The notes below the pieces were generated by a model. That model saw nothing but the letters and a program-made list of their open reading frames with translations, made no database searches and was not told the DNA's origin. The position numbers were made by a program, and so were the translations under genes. DNA of 64,000 nucleotides, taken from sequence record OR896157.1; one strand, written 5' to 3'. Shown here in pieces: positions 55,625 through 64,000 of this stretch. The stretch is from a phage. Positions within the stretch are counted from its first letter, which is position 1. The number at the start of each line of letters is the position of its first letter.

Positions 55625-55800
55625 GGGCTTGAATCCTTAGGAATATCAGAAGCCCACACCGCTGCCGTGGCTATTTCTTCACCTTCTAATGTTAACGTTA
55701 CGCGCATAGTTGAGTCTTTGTAAGATGGAGCATAGACATCAAATTGCGCATTCTCTTTTAAATAAGTTTTGATGAACTCTTTGAGTTGTTCACTTGTCAT
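55618..55800 (-). CDS. hypothetical protein (60 aa)
   Basis: coupled ORF. Confidence 0.35.
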   Translation of the reverse strand: MTSEQLKEFIKTYLKENAQFDVYAPSYKDSTMRVTLTLEGEEIATAAVWASDIPKDSSPW

Positions 55801-56257
55801 GAGTTTTCACCATTTCGTCATACACTTCAATGCATTTAATCCACAATTGAGGAGTTACTGTATCATACATTGCTGAATTGATTTCTTTTGCTTTAAGCTT
55901 CCATTCGTTGTAATAAGCATTTACTGCTTGATGTCCTTTATAAACTTCATCCATTTTACGGACAGCTTCTTTGGCCCAGTACAAGAACTCGCCAATTACC
56001 TTAGCCCAATAAGAATCTAGAACAAAGATATTTTCTGAATCACTTTCGGCCATTTTCATTGTAACTTCGAGTTCTCGCCAGGATGCTCTAAGTTCACCTA
56101 AGACATTTGGCTGGTTACCATGATTAAACCTATATAACTCTTCACAAAGTTTAATAGCGAGCTTCTCTTGTTTACCTTGAACCATTCCTTGGTAAATATG
56201 CGCCGGAGGGTAAACAGAAGTTTGTGCAACCCAGTCTTTTACTTTTTGAATGCTCAC
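55790..56257 (-). CDS. hypothetical protein (155 aa)
   Basis: minus-strand ORF. Confidence 0.5.
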   Translation of the reverse strand: MSIQKVKDWVAQTSVYPPAHIYQGMVQGKQEKLAIKLCEELYRFNHGNQPNVLGELRASWRELEVTMKMAESDSENIFVLDSYWAKVIGEFLYWAKEAVRKMDEVYKGHQAVNAYYNEWKLKAKEINSAMYDTVTPQLWIKCIEVYDEMVKTHDK

Positions 56258-56757
56258 AGTTTCACCTCAACTCGTTCTTTACTTTTAACGCCCTTCCCAT
56301 TATCAGAATATTTGCGTTCCATAACAAAATCATATGGGTCATCAATATCCATACACATCCAGAAAACACCGAGCTGAATATTTTTAGGGTTACAATTTTC
56401 TGAACCTGTGCAACGCCCTTGGTCACGACGAGTATAACGATGACAACCATTTTCGTCCATAATAGTTTCGTAACCTGTACGACGGTCTGGGCCAAGGTCT
56501 TTGAATTTCGTCATCAAGACTTTATCACCAGATAGAGTTTCGTAAGTCCAACCTTCTTCGAAATAAGATGGATTTCCGTCTTTTGATTGAACCATAACAA
56601 TAACGTCTTCAATGTTCTGGTCATCATTATAAGTGCCAAGATGCCATACAGCTTGATATTGATTCTCGGCTTTTACAGTTGCTACACGGAACTTTTCGTC
56701 CCAAATACCGTTGACAAAACGCTTAAATTTAATTTCATAAGTGATTAATTTACTCAT
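56254..56757 (-). CDS. hypothetical protein (167 aa)
   Basis: coupled ORF. Confidence 0.5.
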   Translation of the reverse strand: MSKLITYEIKFKRFVNGIWDEKFRVATVKAENQYQAVWHLGTYNDDQNIEDVIVMVQSKDGNPSYFEEGWTYETLSGDKVLMTKFKDLGPDRRTGYETIMDENGCHRYTRRDQGRCTGSENCNPKNIQLGVFWMCMDIDDPYDFVMERKYSDNGKGVKSKERVEVKL

Positions 56758-56767
56758 TATAATTTCC

Positions 56768-57109
56768 TCAGATTAAGCCTAATGCACGTTTTTCTTCAGG
56801 GTTCAATTTAGATAAAGCATATTGTTTTACTTTTTCTAAACGAGCAACTCGTTCTGCTTCTGTTTCAGTGCGAATTTCAAAACCATCTTTCTTTAAGAAA
56901 GAAAGTTTGCTTCCGTCTTCAAAGGTAAGTGTCAAAGCTTTGACAGGATGCCGGTCAACTGTACCGTTTGAACCATACCAGGATTTACCAGCGACACTCT
57001 CTTCAGCTTTAAAATAAGAGTCATAGTAACCATAAACTTCTGAGCGGCGGTCGTCTGGTGAAACTCTGGCGACATAGACGTCTGATTCTTTTACACTGAT
57101 TACTTTCAT
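56768..57109 (-). CDS. hypothetical protein (113 aa)
   Basis: likely ATG at 57109 in ATGA overlap with an upstream 48-aa ORF (57106-57252). Confidence 0.45.
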   Translation of the reverse strand: MKVISVKESDVYVARVSPDDRRSEVYGYYDSYFKAEESVAGKSWYGSNGTVDRHPVKALTLTFEDGSKLSFLKKDGFEIRTETEAERVARLEKVKQYALSKLNPEEKRALGLI

Positions 57110-57267
57110 TGTACCCATTCTCCATTTTCGTCGATATAATTAATCCAGTTTGAAATAGTCCAAGAAGAAGTATTTCCTTTAGGAACATCAACAATATACA
57201 TTCCGCTTTTAAATAAAATTCGCTTTACATCATTGGAAATTAAAGAAGCCATAATATTTTCCTCAAT

Positions 57268-57282
57268 TGGGGCTTTCGCCCC
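57268..57282 (-). terminator. hairpin GGGGC-GAAA-GCCCC after the ATPase gene
   Basis: 5-bp GC stem; followed by RBS rather than U-tract. Confidence 0.3.
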
Positions 57283-57290
57283 GTGGTTGA

Positions 57291-58268
57291 TTATTTCAGC
57301 ATAGTTACTTCAGCAATTTCAGTCCAGTTTTTCTCGTCAGTAGCGACGAAATCTGCCAGGTAAAGAGCTGTGCGGAGAGATACATTACGAAGACGATTAA
57401 CGTTGTTTTGCATAAATGCCAGAACGTCAAGTACTTGGTAGTGTTTTAATCCGCGATTTTGCAACATGTCGGTTGTCATAATAACATCTTCAACGCGAGA
57501 CATGATTTCTTCGTTTGTGTGAACTCCGAGGTCCAAATAAACAGAACGAGATACTAAAGCAGAAAGATGTGGAGCTAATTTGCTGCCGCGTTCTAATTCT
57601 TTATCAATATCAACGTTAGTGATGAATACGACAGTACCTTCAAATTCAAATTCGTTTGGAATATCTTTTTCTTCCAGGAAAGCAGAAGCAGTTGACCAGC
57701 AAACTTTACGTTTTTCGCCAGAATCAAGAGCAGCTTTCAGAAGGTTCAGAATGTCCATATCAGAAAATACATCCACATCGTCAATAAGCAGAACAGAATT
57801 TGAATGACGAGATTCCCAGAGACGGCAGTAAAGACCGATACCAGAAATTTTACCGTTAACCATTTTGTATTCAATATCACCGCGAGCATCTGCTTTAGTT
57901 AATGCTTTATCTAAGGAGAAAGTTTTACCGATACCAGCAGCACCTGAGATAATCAGTGAACGAATGTTCCCGTTAACCAGACCAGCAGTCATTAACCCCA
58001 TAACGTTGAAGCGTTTAGCGATACGTGCTTTCATTTCTTCAACAGATTCGGTCAAAACTTCTTTGACTTCTTGACCTTCAATTTTGTAATCACCGTGGAA
58101 AACCCATACTCCGCGTTTCTTACCATCGATGTTTACGAATACTTTACCATCACCCTGAGCAGCATCAGATTCTGATAAATCTTTTGGGAACCACTCGCCC
58201 AGAAGTTCGAAGGTACCAGAGATTTCTTTACCGAAGTTAGTACCTTTAGCGATAGTGATGGTTTTCAT
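57291..58268 (-). CDS. P-loop NTPase (Walker A/B), AAA+ or DnaC/IstB-like (325 aa)
   Basis: Walker A GAAGIGKT, Walker B LLIDDVDVF; about 100-aa N-terminal domain of unknown type. Confidence 0.55.
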   Translation of the reverse strand: MKTITIAKGTNFGKEISGTFELLGEWFPKDLSESDAAQGDGKVFVNIDGKKRGVWVFHGDYKIEGQEVKEVLTESVEEMKARIAKRFNVMGLMTAGLVNGNIRSLIISGAAGIGKTFSLDKALTKADARGDIEYKMVNGKISGIGLYCRLWESRHSNSVLLIDDVDVFSDMDILNLLKAALDSGEKRKVCWSTASAFLEEKDIPNEFEFEGTVVFITNVDIDKELERGSKLAPHLSALVSRSVYLDLGVHTNEEIMSRVEDVIMTTDMLQNRGLKHYQVLDVLAFMQNNVNRLRNVSLRTALYLADFVATDEKNWTEIAEVTMLK

Positions 58269-58305
58269 TTTATTCTCCGAGTTTCTATTTGTTTGGTATG
58301 AGGTA

Positions 58306-58334
58306 ATAGTATCATCATCTCATACCGTTGTAAA
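58306..58334 (-). promoter_or_regulatory. early promoter (TTTACA-17-TACTAT)
   Basis: directly upstream of the ATPase gene; shares 22-bp tract with promoter at 26947-26975. Confidence 0.5.
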
Positions 58335-58342
58335 CAATATTT

Positions 58343-58561
58343 TTAAACTAATTCTAAAATTTCGTTGATGTAGTAAGGACGAACTTTAGAGTCCAAGAAG
58401 AACTCATCAACGAAGTCAATCAGTTCGTCAGTAGTACCAAAGATGTTTGCTAATTTAGAAAAAACTTCCCCGACCATCAAAGCTTCAAATTTAACATTGT
58501 ACTGACGAGCTACTTCTTCGGCTTTTGCAACGTTGTTTACTACGATTTGTAAAGTTTTCAT
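58343..58561 (-). CDS. hypothetical protein (72 aa)
   Basis: ATG at 58561 after AAAGGAGAA RBS; longer track ORF would include the promoter. Confidence 0.45.
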   Translation of the reverse strand: MKTLQIVVNNVAKAEEVARQYNVKFEALMVGEVFSKLANIFGTTDELIDFVDEFFLDSKVRPYYINEILELV

Positions 58562-58589
58562 TTTGTTCTCCTTTGGTTTTGATAGTGCT

Positions 58590-58618
58590 ATAATACCATA
58601 TGCTATAGCACTTGTAAA
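58590..58618 (-). promoter_or_regulatory. early promoter (TTTACA-17-TATTAT)
   Basis: TGG extended -10. Confidence 0.5.
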
Positions 58619-58626
58619 CAATATTT

Positions 58627-58911
58627 TTAAGCAATGTATGGAGTTGCTGAACCGTCTGAATAACGCGCCCATACTTCGTTGCCGACGTTGAAAAGTTTTG
58701 CTTTACGACCGTTAGGCATCTGAACCATTTTGCTTTTAACCGGAGTTACAGCTTCAATCAAAGTTCCAGCAGCTTTTGCATTTTCTTTAGTTTTAAGAAT
58801 TTTTTCCATGTATTCAACGTATTCGATGATAGCAGGTGCCATATGCTGTTTGTGGCCCATACCGCCAAAATCGAATTCAGTTACTGCGTAGAAAGTTTTT
58901 GAAGTAGCCAT
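58627..58911 (-). CDS. hypothetical protein (94 aa)
   Basis: minus-strand ORF. Confidence 0.45.
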   Translation of the reverse strand: MATSKTFYAVTEFDFGGMGHKQHMAPAIIEYVEYMEKILKTKENAKAAGTLIEAVTPVKSKMVQMPNGRKAKLFNVGNEVWARYSDGSATPYIA

Positions 58912-58953
58912 TTTATTATCCTTGATTTTTGTTACCGTTTAGTTGATAGAGAT

Positions 58954-58982
58954 ATAGTATCAAAACTTAAAGCATCTGTAAA
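58954..58982 (-). promoter_or_regulatory. early promoter (TTTACA-17-TACTAT)
   Basis: minus strand TTTACA, 17 nt, TACTAT. Confidence 0.5.
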
Positions 58983-59014
58983 CACTTTTTGAAAACTTTC
59001 TTCAAAAACAACAA

Positions 59015-59032
59015 AACCTCCCGAAGGAGGTT
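59015..59032 (-). terminator. intrinsic terminator (AACCTCC-TTCG-GGAGGTT then UUUGUUGUUUUU)
   Basis: hairpin begins at the stop codon of ORF 59031-59291. Confidence 0.55.
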
Positions 59033-59291
59033 ATTTTGAGTGTTTTTCTAGCTGACGTTCAGCAAACAGCTTTGGCTGCATTAACAACCAACTTAAGATA
59101 CGCCAGATGACTTGTATGACACCGACAGGTAGCCATAATATAATACTAAACAAGTAATTAAAAGGTGTCTCTATGAACCCTCGTTTAACGAGAGCGTTTG
59201 TGATGAGCCACCCGACGGCTAGATAAACCAATACAATAAAGACGGGCATAATCCACCATAGTTGAGCCAAAAGTAAAGTAACCATAATCAC
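59031..59291 (-). CDS. membrane protein (86 aa)
   Basis: hydrophobic throughout, coupled to the NTase gene. Confidence 0.45.
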   Translation of the reverse strand: MIMVTLLLAQLWWIMPVFIVLVYLAVGWLITNALVKRGFIETPFNYLFSIILWLPVGVIQVIWRILSWLLMQPKLFAERQLEKHSK

Positions 59292-60298
59292 CTGTAGTAA
59301 GAGTTGTGGTTCGCCAGATAAACTTCTTCAAGGAACTTGTCCCAGAATGTCATGTCAACTTTATCAGGCATACCGTTTTTAGAAGCGATGATGCTTTGAC
59401 GTTCAACTTCATCTACACAGTTTTCTAACCACTCTTGAACTTCTTTGAATGGAATAGTGCCGGCTTTAACTTTCTTGATGAACTCAGCATCTTTAAGCGG
59501 ATAAACCAAATCACCGGTTGTGTAGATTTCCTGGAGCTGAAGACCACCACGAAGAGCATGAGACAGAGCTTTCCAGTCTACACCTTCGTTAGCTTCTGCT
59601 TTACGAGCACGTTCACCGTATTCGTTCCAGAGCTTAGTAAGACTGTATTTCATTTCGGCAACAGTGATTGTTGTCTGGAATTTACGACCAAGCACGTTGT
59701 AGAACTTCTGAACGCCAGATTTGTGGTCAACAAAATCAGTCCACTCAAGGAACTCTGAAGTTGGAAGCAGATGAGCAATATCAGCAACTTTCCAACGAAC
59801 ATTGTGAGCTTTATCTTTTGGACGGTCTTCGTATTTCCATTCTGGATAAGGCTCTAATACTTCAAGAACTTTACGAAGTTCAGCTAAACGAGAACCTTTG
59901 ACACCATACTTAGCTGCTTGCTTACGAACATAACCAAGATAAGCTTTCATATCGGTGGTGTAGAAACGCCAGCGGTTGTCTTGGATAAATTTCCAGACAT
60001 CAGGCAGGTCAGATTTAACAATCAGATTAGCAGGAGTATGAAGCATATCAAGAGCAACAGTTTCTCCTGACTGAGCGAGTTCCAACCAATACTTGAGAGA
60101 ATAGAGTTCATGGTCAACGTCATCGTGAGAATTCTTTGTTGAAGTGTTGTTAGTATTCATATTAGTATGGTTCATTGCACGACCCATAAGAATATCTTTT
60201 GGGTGTGGAACGAAGATTTCTTTGAAGTCCGTGTCACTTTCTGGTGTTGACGTACCGTAAAGATGGCTACCGAAGTAGCCTTTCATAACTGTTTTCAT
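59288..60298 (-). CDS. Pol-beta-superfamily nucleotidyltransferase (336 aa)
   Basis: N-terminal GS-x10-DxD signature (GYFGSHLYGTSTPESDTDF) with a candidate third acidic residue in VALDMLH; long alpha-helical C-terminal region. Confidence 0.5.
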   Translation of the reverse strand: MKTVMKGYFGSHLYGTSTPESDTDFKEIFVPHPKDILMGRAMNHTNMNTNNTSTKNSHDDVDHELYSLKYWLELAQSGETVALDMLHTPANLIVKSDLPDVWKFIQDNRWRFYTTDMKAYLGYVRKQAAKYGVKGSRLAELRKVLEVLEPYPEWKYEDRPKDKAHNVRWKVADIAHLLPTSEFLEWTDFVDHKSGVQKFYNVLGRKFQTTITVAEMKYSLTKLWNEYGERARKAEANEGVDWKALSHALRGGLQLQEIYTTGDLVYPLKDAEFIKKVKAGTIPFKEVQEWLENCVDEVERQSIIASKNGMPDKVDMTFWDKFLEEVYLANHNSYYR

Positions 60299-60849
60299 TT
60301 AGTCGGTTGACCCCATGTGAATTGACCACCGAAAGCCGCAATCAATGAAGTGTCATTCAGATTAACTGGCAGACCGTCGCCGCTTTCGGATTCGAGGAAC
60401 ATTGTACCACCATTTTTAGTGATAGCAATTACAGTGAATTCTTTAGAACCCTTTTGGAAGACATCACCAACAACTACCGGAATATTTTTAAAACCAGAAG
60501 CTTCCGCTTCATATGTTTCTGTATATCGGCCGTCTTTTGGTCTGAAATTAGTGAAATCAACCAGGTACTTATTACGAATTGAAGTTACATACACATTAGT
60601 AACACCATATGATGTAATTTTATCTTCATCATAAATGAAGAGTTCAATCATTACACGAGTTGAATATACTTTTAAAACAGCTCGTTGATTTTTATTGATT
60701 TTAAGGAAAATATGAGTTGCTCCTTGGCAACGGCTAATAAAATCAATTTCACCATCAAATTCTGTTGTTCCGGATTGAACAGTAATTGAGCGTCCAACTT
60801 CAAGTTCTTTCTTTACAATGCCTTTAGCTTTCACTTGACGAATAAACAT
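60295..60849 (-). CDS. hypothetical protein (184 aa), coupled upstream partner of the NTase
   Basis: ATGA overlap with NTase start. Confidence 0.5.
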   Translation of the reverse strand: MFIRQVKAKGIVKKELEVGRSITVQSGTTEFDGEIDFISRCQGATHIFLKINKNQRAVLKVYSTRVMIELFIYDEDKITSYGVTNVYVTSIRNKYLVDFTNFRPKDGRYTETYEAEASGFKNIPVVVGDVFQKGSKEFTVIAITKNGGTMFLESESGDGLPVNLNDTSLIAAFGGQFTWGQPTK

Positions 60850-60858
60850 AATATTTTC

Positions 60859-61080
60859 CTATAAGAAGCGCCATGAGCCATTACGATATGCAACTGAACG
60901 GTCCATCATTTCGGAAGAGGTAGAACTTCCGCTGAGTTTGTCATGAACTACTGTAATTTTGCGTCCGTCAGCAAAAATAAATTCGGCTACTGGACGCAGG
61001 CCAGTAAAGCCTTTGTCCACAGTTGCATTAAATTTAGCAGATTCACCGTTGATAATATAGTTCTGGTCTTGTTTAAGCAT
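60859..61080 (-). CDS. hypothetical protein (73 aa)
   Basis: minus-strand ORF. Confidence 0.4.
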   Translation of the reverse strand: MLKQDQNYIINGESAKFNATVDKGFTGLRPVAEFIFADGRKITVVHDKLSGSSTSSEMMDRSVAYRNGSWRFL

Positions 61081-61532
61081 TATTTAAATTCCAAAGTTGG
61101 GCAGAACTTCTCTTTGCGAGCTTTAATGAAAGCAATAATGATATTAGGTTGTGGTTCAACGTAAGTACCATTTCTGATAGCTTCCCATTTTTTATCTTCT
61201 TTCTTTTCTTTTCGTCTTTGAACGACTCGATAAATTCCGTAACCAATACAGAAAATTGTACCAAAAATAGCCGCCAACAAAATCCAACCAATAATCATTC
61301 CAGGGACAAATGCTACAGCAGACGAAAGAATCACACCACATTGAGCGAATAACCAAGTAGCTAAATCTACACCACTAGCCCATCCAACAAAAACTACAGC
61401 ACAAACAGCGAATAGCAGGAGGAAAGCATGCCAAACACCTTTCCAAAAATATGGACACAGAGAACGTGGAGCGCTTTCAGCGCCATTCATAGTAACGAGT
61501 TTGTAGTGCCAAGAGTTAGTATTGATTTGCAT
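61080..61532 (-). CDS. multi-pass membrane protein (150 aa)
   Basis: at least three hydrophobic segments. Confidence 0.5.
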   Translation of the reverse strand: MQINTNSWHYKLVTMNGAESAPRSLCPYFWKGVWHAFLLLFAVCAVVFVGWASGVDLATWLFAQCGVILSSAVAFVPGMIIGWILLAAIFGTIFCIGYGIYRVVQRRKEKKEDKKWEAIRNGTYVEPQPNIIIAFIKARKEKFCPTLEFK

Positions 61533-61553
61533 TATAATTTCCTTTCAATTCAG

Positions 61554-61799
61554 TTATTTAAAGTTTTTAGAAGTGGTCATATGAGGTATTGTAACCTGCA
61601 ACCATGAAAGCAATTTCTCAGCTTCTTCTTTAAGAAGCTCAACTTCTTCGCCTTGGGAAATAATTGTGAGAATATCTTTATCGGCATTAACGAAGAGCAT
61701 TGTTTTAATATCAGCATGACCACCATAAACTGATTCAGCTTTATAGTTGATAGTAGCATCTAACCCTGGGACGTTCCAATCTAAAGTGCACTTAGTCAT
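61554..61799 (-). CDS. hypothetical protein (81 aa)
   Basis: minus-strand ORF. Confidence 0.45.
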   Translation of the reverse strand: MTKCTLDWNVPGLDATINYKAESVYGGHADIKTMLFVNADKDILTIISQGEEVELLKEEAEKLLSWLQVTIPHMTTSKNFK

Positions 61800-62085
61800 T
61801 TACTTGTTCCTTACGAGCTCGTTCTTTAAGTTGCTCTTGAATTTTGAGCATTGTTTCTGTATATTCTTCTGAATTAGCTCTTACTATACTAGAAGAATAT
61901 GGAAGCGATTCATGATATTTCAAAAATCTCTCAAGATGCGGTTTGTATTGAGTAGAGAAATTGTACATCAAAAATCCCGTAGCACTTACGTGAGTACAAA
62001 TTTCATACTGAAATGTTCCGTCATATTGACGAGTAACAATAATATCTTTTAACTCAAGACTTAGGCTCATTGACTTCTCCTGCAT
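61792..62085 (-). CDS. hypothetical protein (97 aa)
   Basis: minus-strand ORF. Confidence 0.45.
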   Translation of the reverse strand: MQEKSMSLSLELKDIIVTRQYDGTFQYEICTHVSATGFLMYNFSTQYKPHLERFLKYHESLPYSSSIVRANSEEYTETMLKIQEQLKERARKEQVND

Positions 62086-62260
62086 AAAGTTTAAGAATGA
62101 AAAACGCTACCTTTAAAGCCTCTTCTTTACTTAAATGAAGAGGAGAGCCGGCATAACATGCTCCTTCAGGGACAGCATGCTCCAAAACAATTTCATCTTC
62201 TTTAGTGCGAATGTCTAAACTTCCTAGATGAAATTGTTCATATCCCCAAGGGTCTTTCAT
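62054..62260 (-). CDS. hypothetical protein (68 aa)
   Basis: minus-strand ORF. Confidence 0.4.
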   Translation of the reverse strand: MKDPWGYEQFHLGSLDIRTKEDEIVLEHAVPEGACYAGSPLHLSKEEALKVAFFILKLYAGEVNEPKS

Positions 62261-62550
62261 TGCATCTCCTGAATAGCTTTTAAGAAGTTATCAAGATTCT
62301 CTTTACTGCAAAAAGATACGCATCCGTAGCTTCCATCTTTTGCTTCAAAAGTAAATGAATCATCACCATAATCAGTGTAATCAATATTAGGGCATTGATT
62401 GCATTCAATCAGATGTGCTTTGTCCAGACGAAAATGGATTTTGAACAAATCTTCATCGCCTTCATGACCAAGTTTGCAAAAGTTTCCACGTACTTCAAGA
62501 ACCAGAGGACCATGTACTGAACCGCTTTCAAATGTATATTTCATAATCAC
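62257..62550 (-). CDS. hypothetical protein (97 aa)
   Basis: coupled ORF. Confidence 0.45.
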   Translation of the reverse strand: MIMKYTFESGSVHGPLVLEVRGNFCKLGHEGDEDLFKIHFRLDKAHLIECNQCPNIDYTDYGDDSFTFEAKDGSYGCVSFCSKENLDNFLKAIQEMQ

Positions 62551-62816
62551 CTCAATTGCGAATCTTTTGAACCGCGTCTGTTATAAGACGCTTTAATGAT
62601 AGTATCATGTGAGCTTTGGCAAGCTACACAACGAGTGCATCCTTTTTGAGCTTTGCGTCTAGCTTCCGGAATTTCTCCGTCACAATCTTCACAGTATTTT
62701 TCACTCTCACGATTTTGAGATTTGATGAGCTCTAAACGAGCCCATTCAATTCCATCACTTACTGTAGCCTCAATAGCTGCAAATCCGTCGTCACTTGGAC
62801 CCCATCCACTTGCCAT
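62547..62816 (-). CDS. DksA/TraR-type C4 zinc-finger protein (89 aa)
   Basis: CEDCDGEIPEARRKA...CTRCVACQ: C-x2-C ... C-x2-C with typical spacing. Confidence 0.5.
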   Translation of the reverse strand: MASGWGPSDDGFAAIEATVSDGIEWARLELIKSQNRESEKYCEDCDGEIPEARRKAQKGCTRCVACQSSHDTIIKASYNRRGSKDSQLR

Positions 62817-62840
62817 TACAAACTCCTTTGAACGAGGTCT

Positions 62841-62869
62841 ATTATACCATTAACTAAGTTGTATGTAAA
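62841..62869 (-). promoter_or_regulatory. early promoter (TTTACA-17-TATAAT)
   Basis: consensus -10; upstream of the zinc-finger gene. Confidence 0.55.
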
Positions 62870-62922
62870 CAACGGATTGTGGTATTGAACAAACAGATAA
62901 AGCAGTACAAATACTGTTCTCA

Positions 62923-63381
62923 TTACCAGCCTGCCGTGTCAAATTCACCATCATCGTAGATGTCCCAAGCCATTCTTTCTTCAAGAACTCGGACTGGTGT
63001 CCAATAGTCCGCATATTCCTGGTCTTCTGGAGAAGAGAATTTATTTGCTTTAAGTTCAGCCATAAATTCCAAAGCGGATTCAACATCACCGAACAGACGG
63101 TTCAAGTTGTGAGGTTTACGTTCAGGGTCTTCAAATACTGCGTTATCACCAGGGCAAATTTGAGTACGATAAGAACGCTTTGTTTCGCCGTTGATGTCAG
63201 TATACTCGCAGATGATATCAACCATCAAGATATCTGATGTTGGGCTACGATATGGTTTACTGAGGATAATGTACTTGCTAACTTCATCCAGCGACACAGT
63301 AGTTTCAGTACGAGATACACCGTACACATGATACATGATGCGGCCTGGAACGAAATCAGATAATTTAGTAATGCGATTCAT
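62923..63381 (-). CDS. hypothetical protein (152 aa)
   Basis: ATG at 63381 after GAGGAGAA RBS. Confidence 0.5.
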   Translation of the reverse strand: MNRITKLSDFVPGRIMYHVYGVSRTETTVSLDEVSKYIILSKPYRSPTSDILMVDIICEYTDINGETKRSYRTQICPGDNAVFEDPERKPHNLNRLFGDVESALEFMAELKANKFSSPEDQEYADYWTPVRVLEERMAWDIYDDGEFDTAGW

Positions 63382-63409
63382 GATGTTCTCCTCTTGTTTG
63401 TGTAAGGTC

Positions 63410-63438
63410 ATAGTATCACCTTTTGAAGAGGATGTAAA
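63410..63438 (-). promoter_or_regulatory. early promoter (TTTACA-17-TACTAT)
   Basis: minus strand aaccgTTTACA, 17 nt, TACTAT. Confidence 0.5.
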
Positions 63439-63460
63439 CGGTTCCTTTAAAAACAACAAA

Positions 63461-63484
63461 AGCCCTGACCAAAAAAGTCAGGGC
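63461..63484 (-). terminator. intrinsic terminator (AGCCCTGAC-loop-GTCAGGGCT then UUUUGUUGUUUUU)
   Basis: 9-bp stem and U-tract downstream of ORF 63490-63882. Confidence 0.55.
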
Positions 63485-63489
63485 TCAAA

Positions 63490-63882
63490 TTATTCCAAAG
63501 ACAGCAAGTATTTGGTTTGAAACACTATACCATTGATTTCGTCAATTGTGTTTCTGATTGCTCCAGGCATCTTGTCGTAGATGCTTTCAGCTTTTGCTGT
63601 GATGCTATCGAGCATCTCAATCGTGTCAGTAGGCAAATCCTGTTGCGATGGTATAGATGGGGTGTACTTTTTACCGGACCATCCAAGCCATTGCTCTCCG
63701 AACTTGTCGGTTAACTCAGGGATTGCATCAAAGAAGAAATTGTATGCTTTGTGACGAGCATAGCTTTTAGTTTCAAAATGAGCTGAGTGGAAGTATGATG
63801 CAGAAGCCATCAAAAGACCAATGAACTCATCCTCTGGAAGTTTCTTTCCGGTTGTTATGAAATCTTCAAATTTCGTTTTCAA
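63490..63882 (-). CDS. hypothetical protein (130 aa)
   Basis: TTG start after GAAGGT RBS. Confidence 0.45.
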   Translation of the reverse strand: MKTKFEDFITTGKKLPEDEFIGLLMASASYFHSAHFETKSYARHKAYNFFFDAIPELTDKFGEQWLGWSGKKYTPSIPSQQDLPTDTIEMLDSITAKAESIYDKMPGAIRNTIDEINGIVFQTKYLLSLE

Positions 63883-64000
63883 GTTTAACCTTCGTTAGAG
63901 AAACATATTGCTTACCAGCATGAACTCCTTCTTCAGTGCACTGGGTAGTACAACTTGAAGCTGCCCATTTCTGCTTAATGAAAGAAAAGAAACGTTCAGA
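63865..64000 (-). CDS. hypothetical protein, C-terminal fragment (gene enters from beyond window end)
   Basis: open frame from window edge to a stop at 63865, overlapping the next start. Confidence 0.3.

Noticed and set aside
5731-63484. Possible CRISPR array from the recurring GGGCCCGAAGGCCC / GGGACTCCCGAAGGAGTCCC repeats
   Set aside because: Copies are single, kilobases apart, each at a gene boundary with a U-tract; there is no regular repeat-spacer periodicity.
1-64000. tRNA genes
   Set aside because: Intergenic spaces are short and occupied by promoter/terminator signals; no cloverleaf-compatible segment was noticed by eye. A tRNAscan run would be needed to be certain.

Overview
This window is a T4-like (Tevenvirinae-type) myophage early/middle/replication region, with every credible gene on the minus strand, packed tightly and often translationally coupled (ATGA / TAATG overlaps). 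Identifications rest on reading the translated ORFs against remembered T4 proteins and on synteny; no database search was run. Core gene order, in window coordinates: motA - 52 - ndd - denB-position - rIIB - rIIA - 39 (single fused 39/60 ORF) - [accessory island with SGNH hydrolase] - dexA - dda - srd-position - mod-like ADP-ribosyltransferase - soc - 56 - 61 - [five small accessory ORFs] - 41 - 40-position - uvsX - beta-glucosyltransferase - second glycosyltransferase - 42 - [lipoprotein at the imm locus] - 43 - regA - 62 - 44 - 45 - rpbA-position - 46 - 47 - [no alpha-gt] - 55 - nrdH (frameshifted) - nrdG - nrdD (intronless) - 49 - nrdC - [long hyperplastic region of small ORFs, 50.5-64 kb]. 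Regulatory signals read directly from the sequence: 17 early promoters (16 with exact TTTACA-17-TAyTAT spacing and a TGn extended -10, one weaker with a 16-nt spacer), two candidate MotA-type middle promoters, a perfect TATAAATA late promoter before gene 49, a conserved gene 43 translational operator hairpin, and a dispersed family of GC-clamped CGAA-loop hairpins acting as terminators. The most interesting accessory content is a 511-aa SGNH/GDSL hydrolase with a Gly/Thr-rich N-terminal domain, a 336-aa Pol-beta-type nucleotidyltransferase with a coupled upstream partner, a 325-aa Walker A/B ATPase, a tandem glycosyltransferase pair, and three predicted lipoproteins. No tRNA, CRISPR array or plus-strand gene was found.
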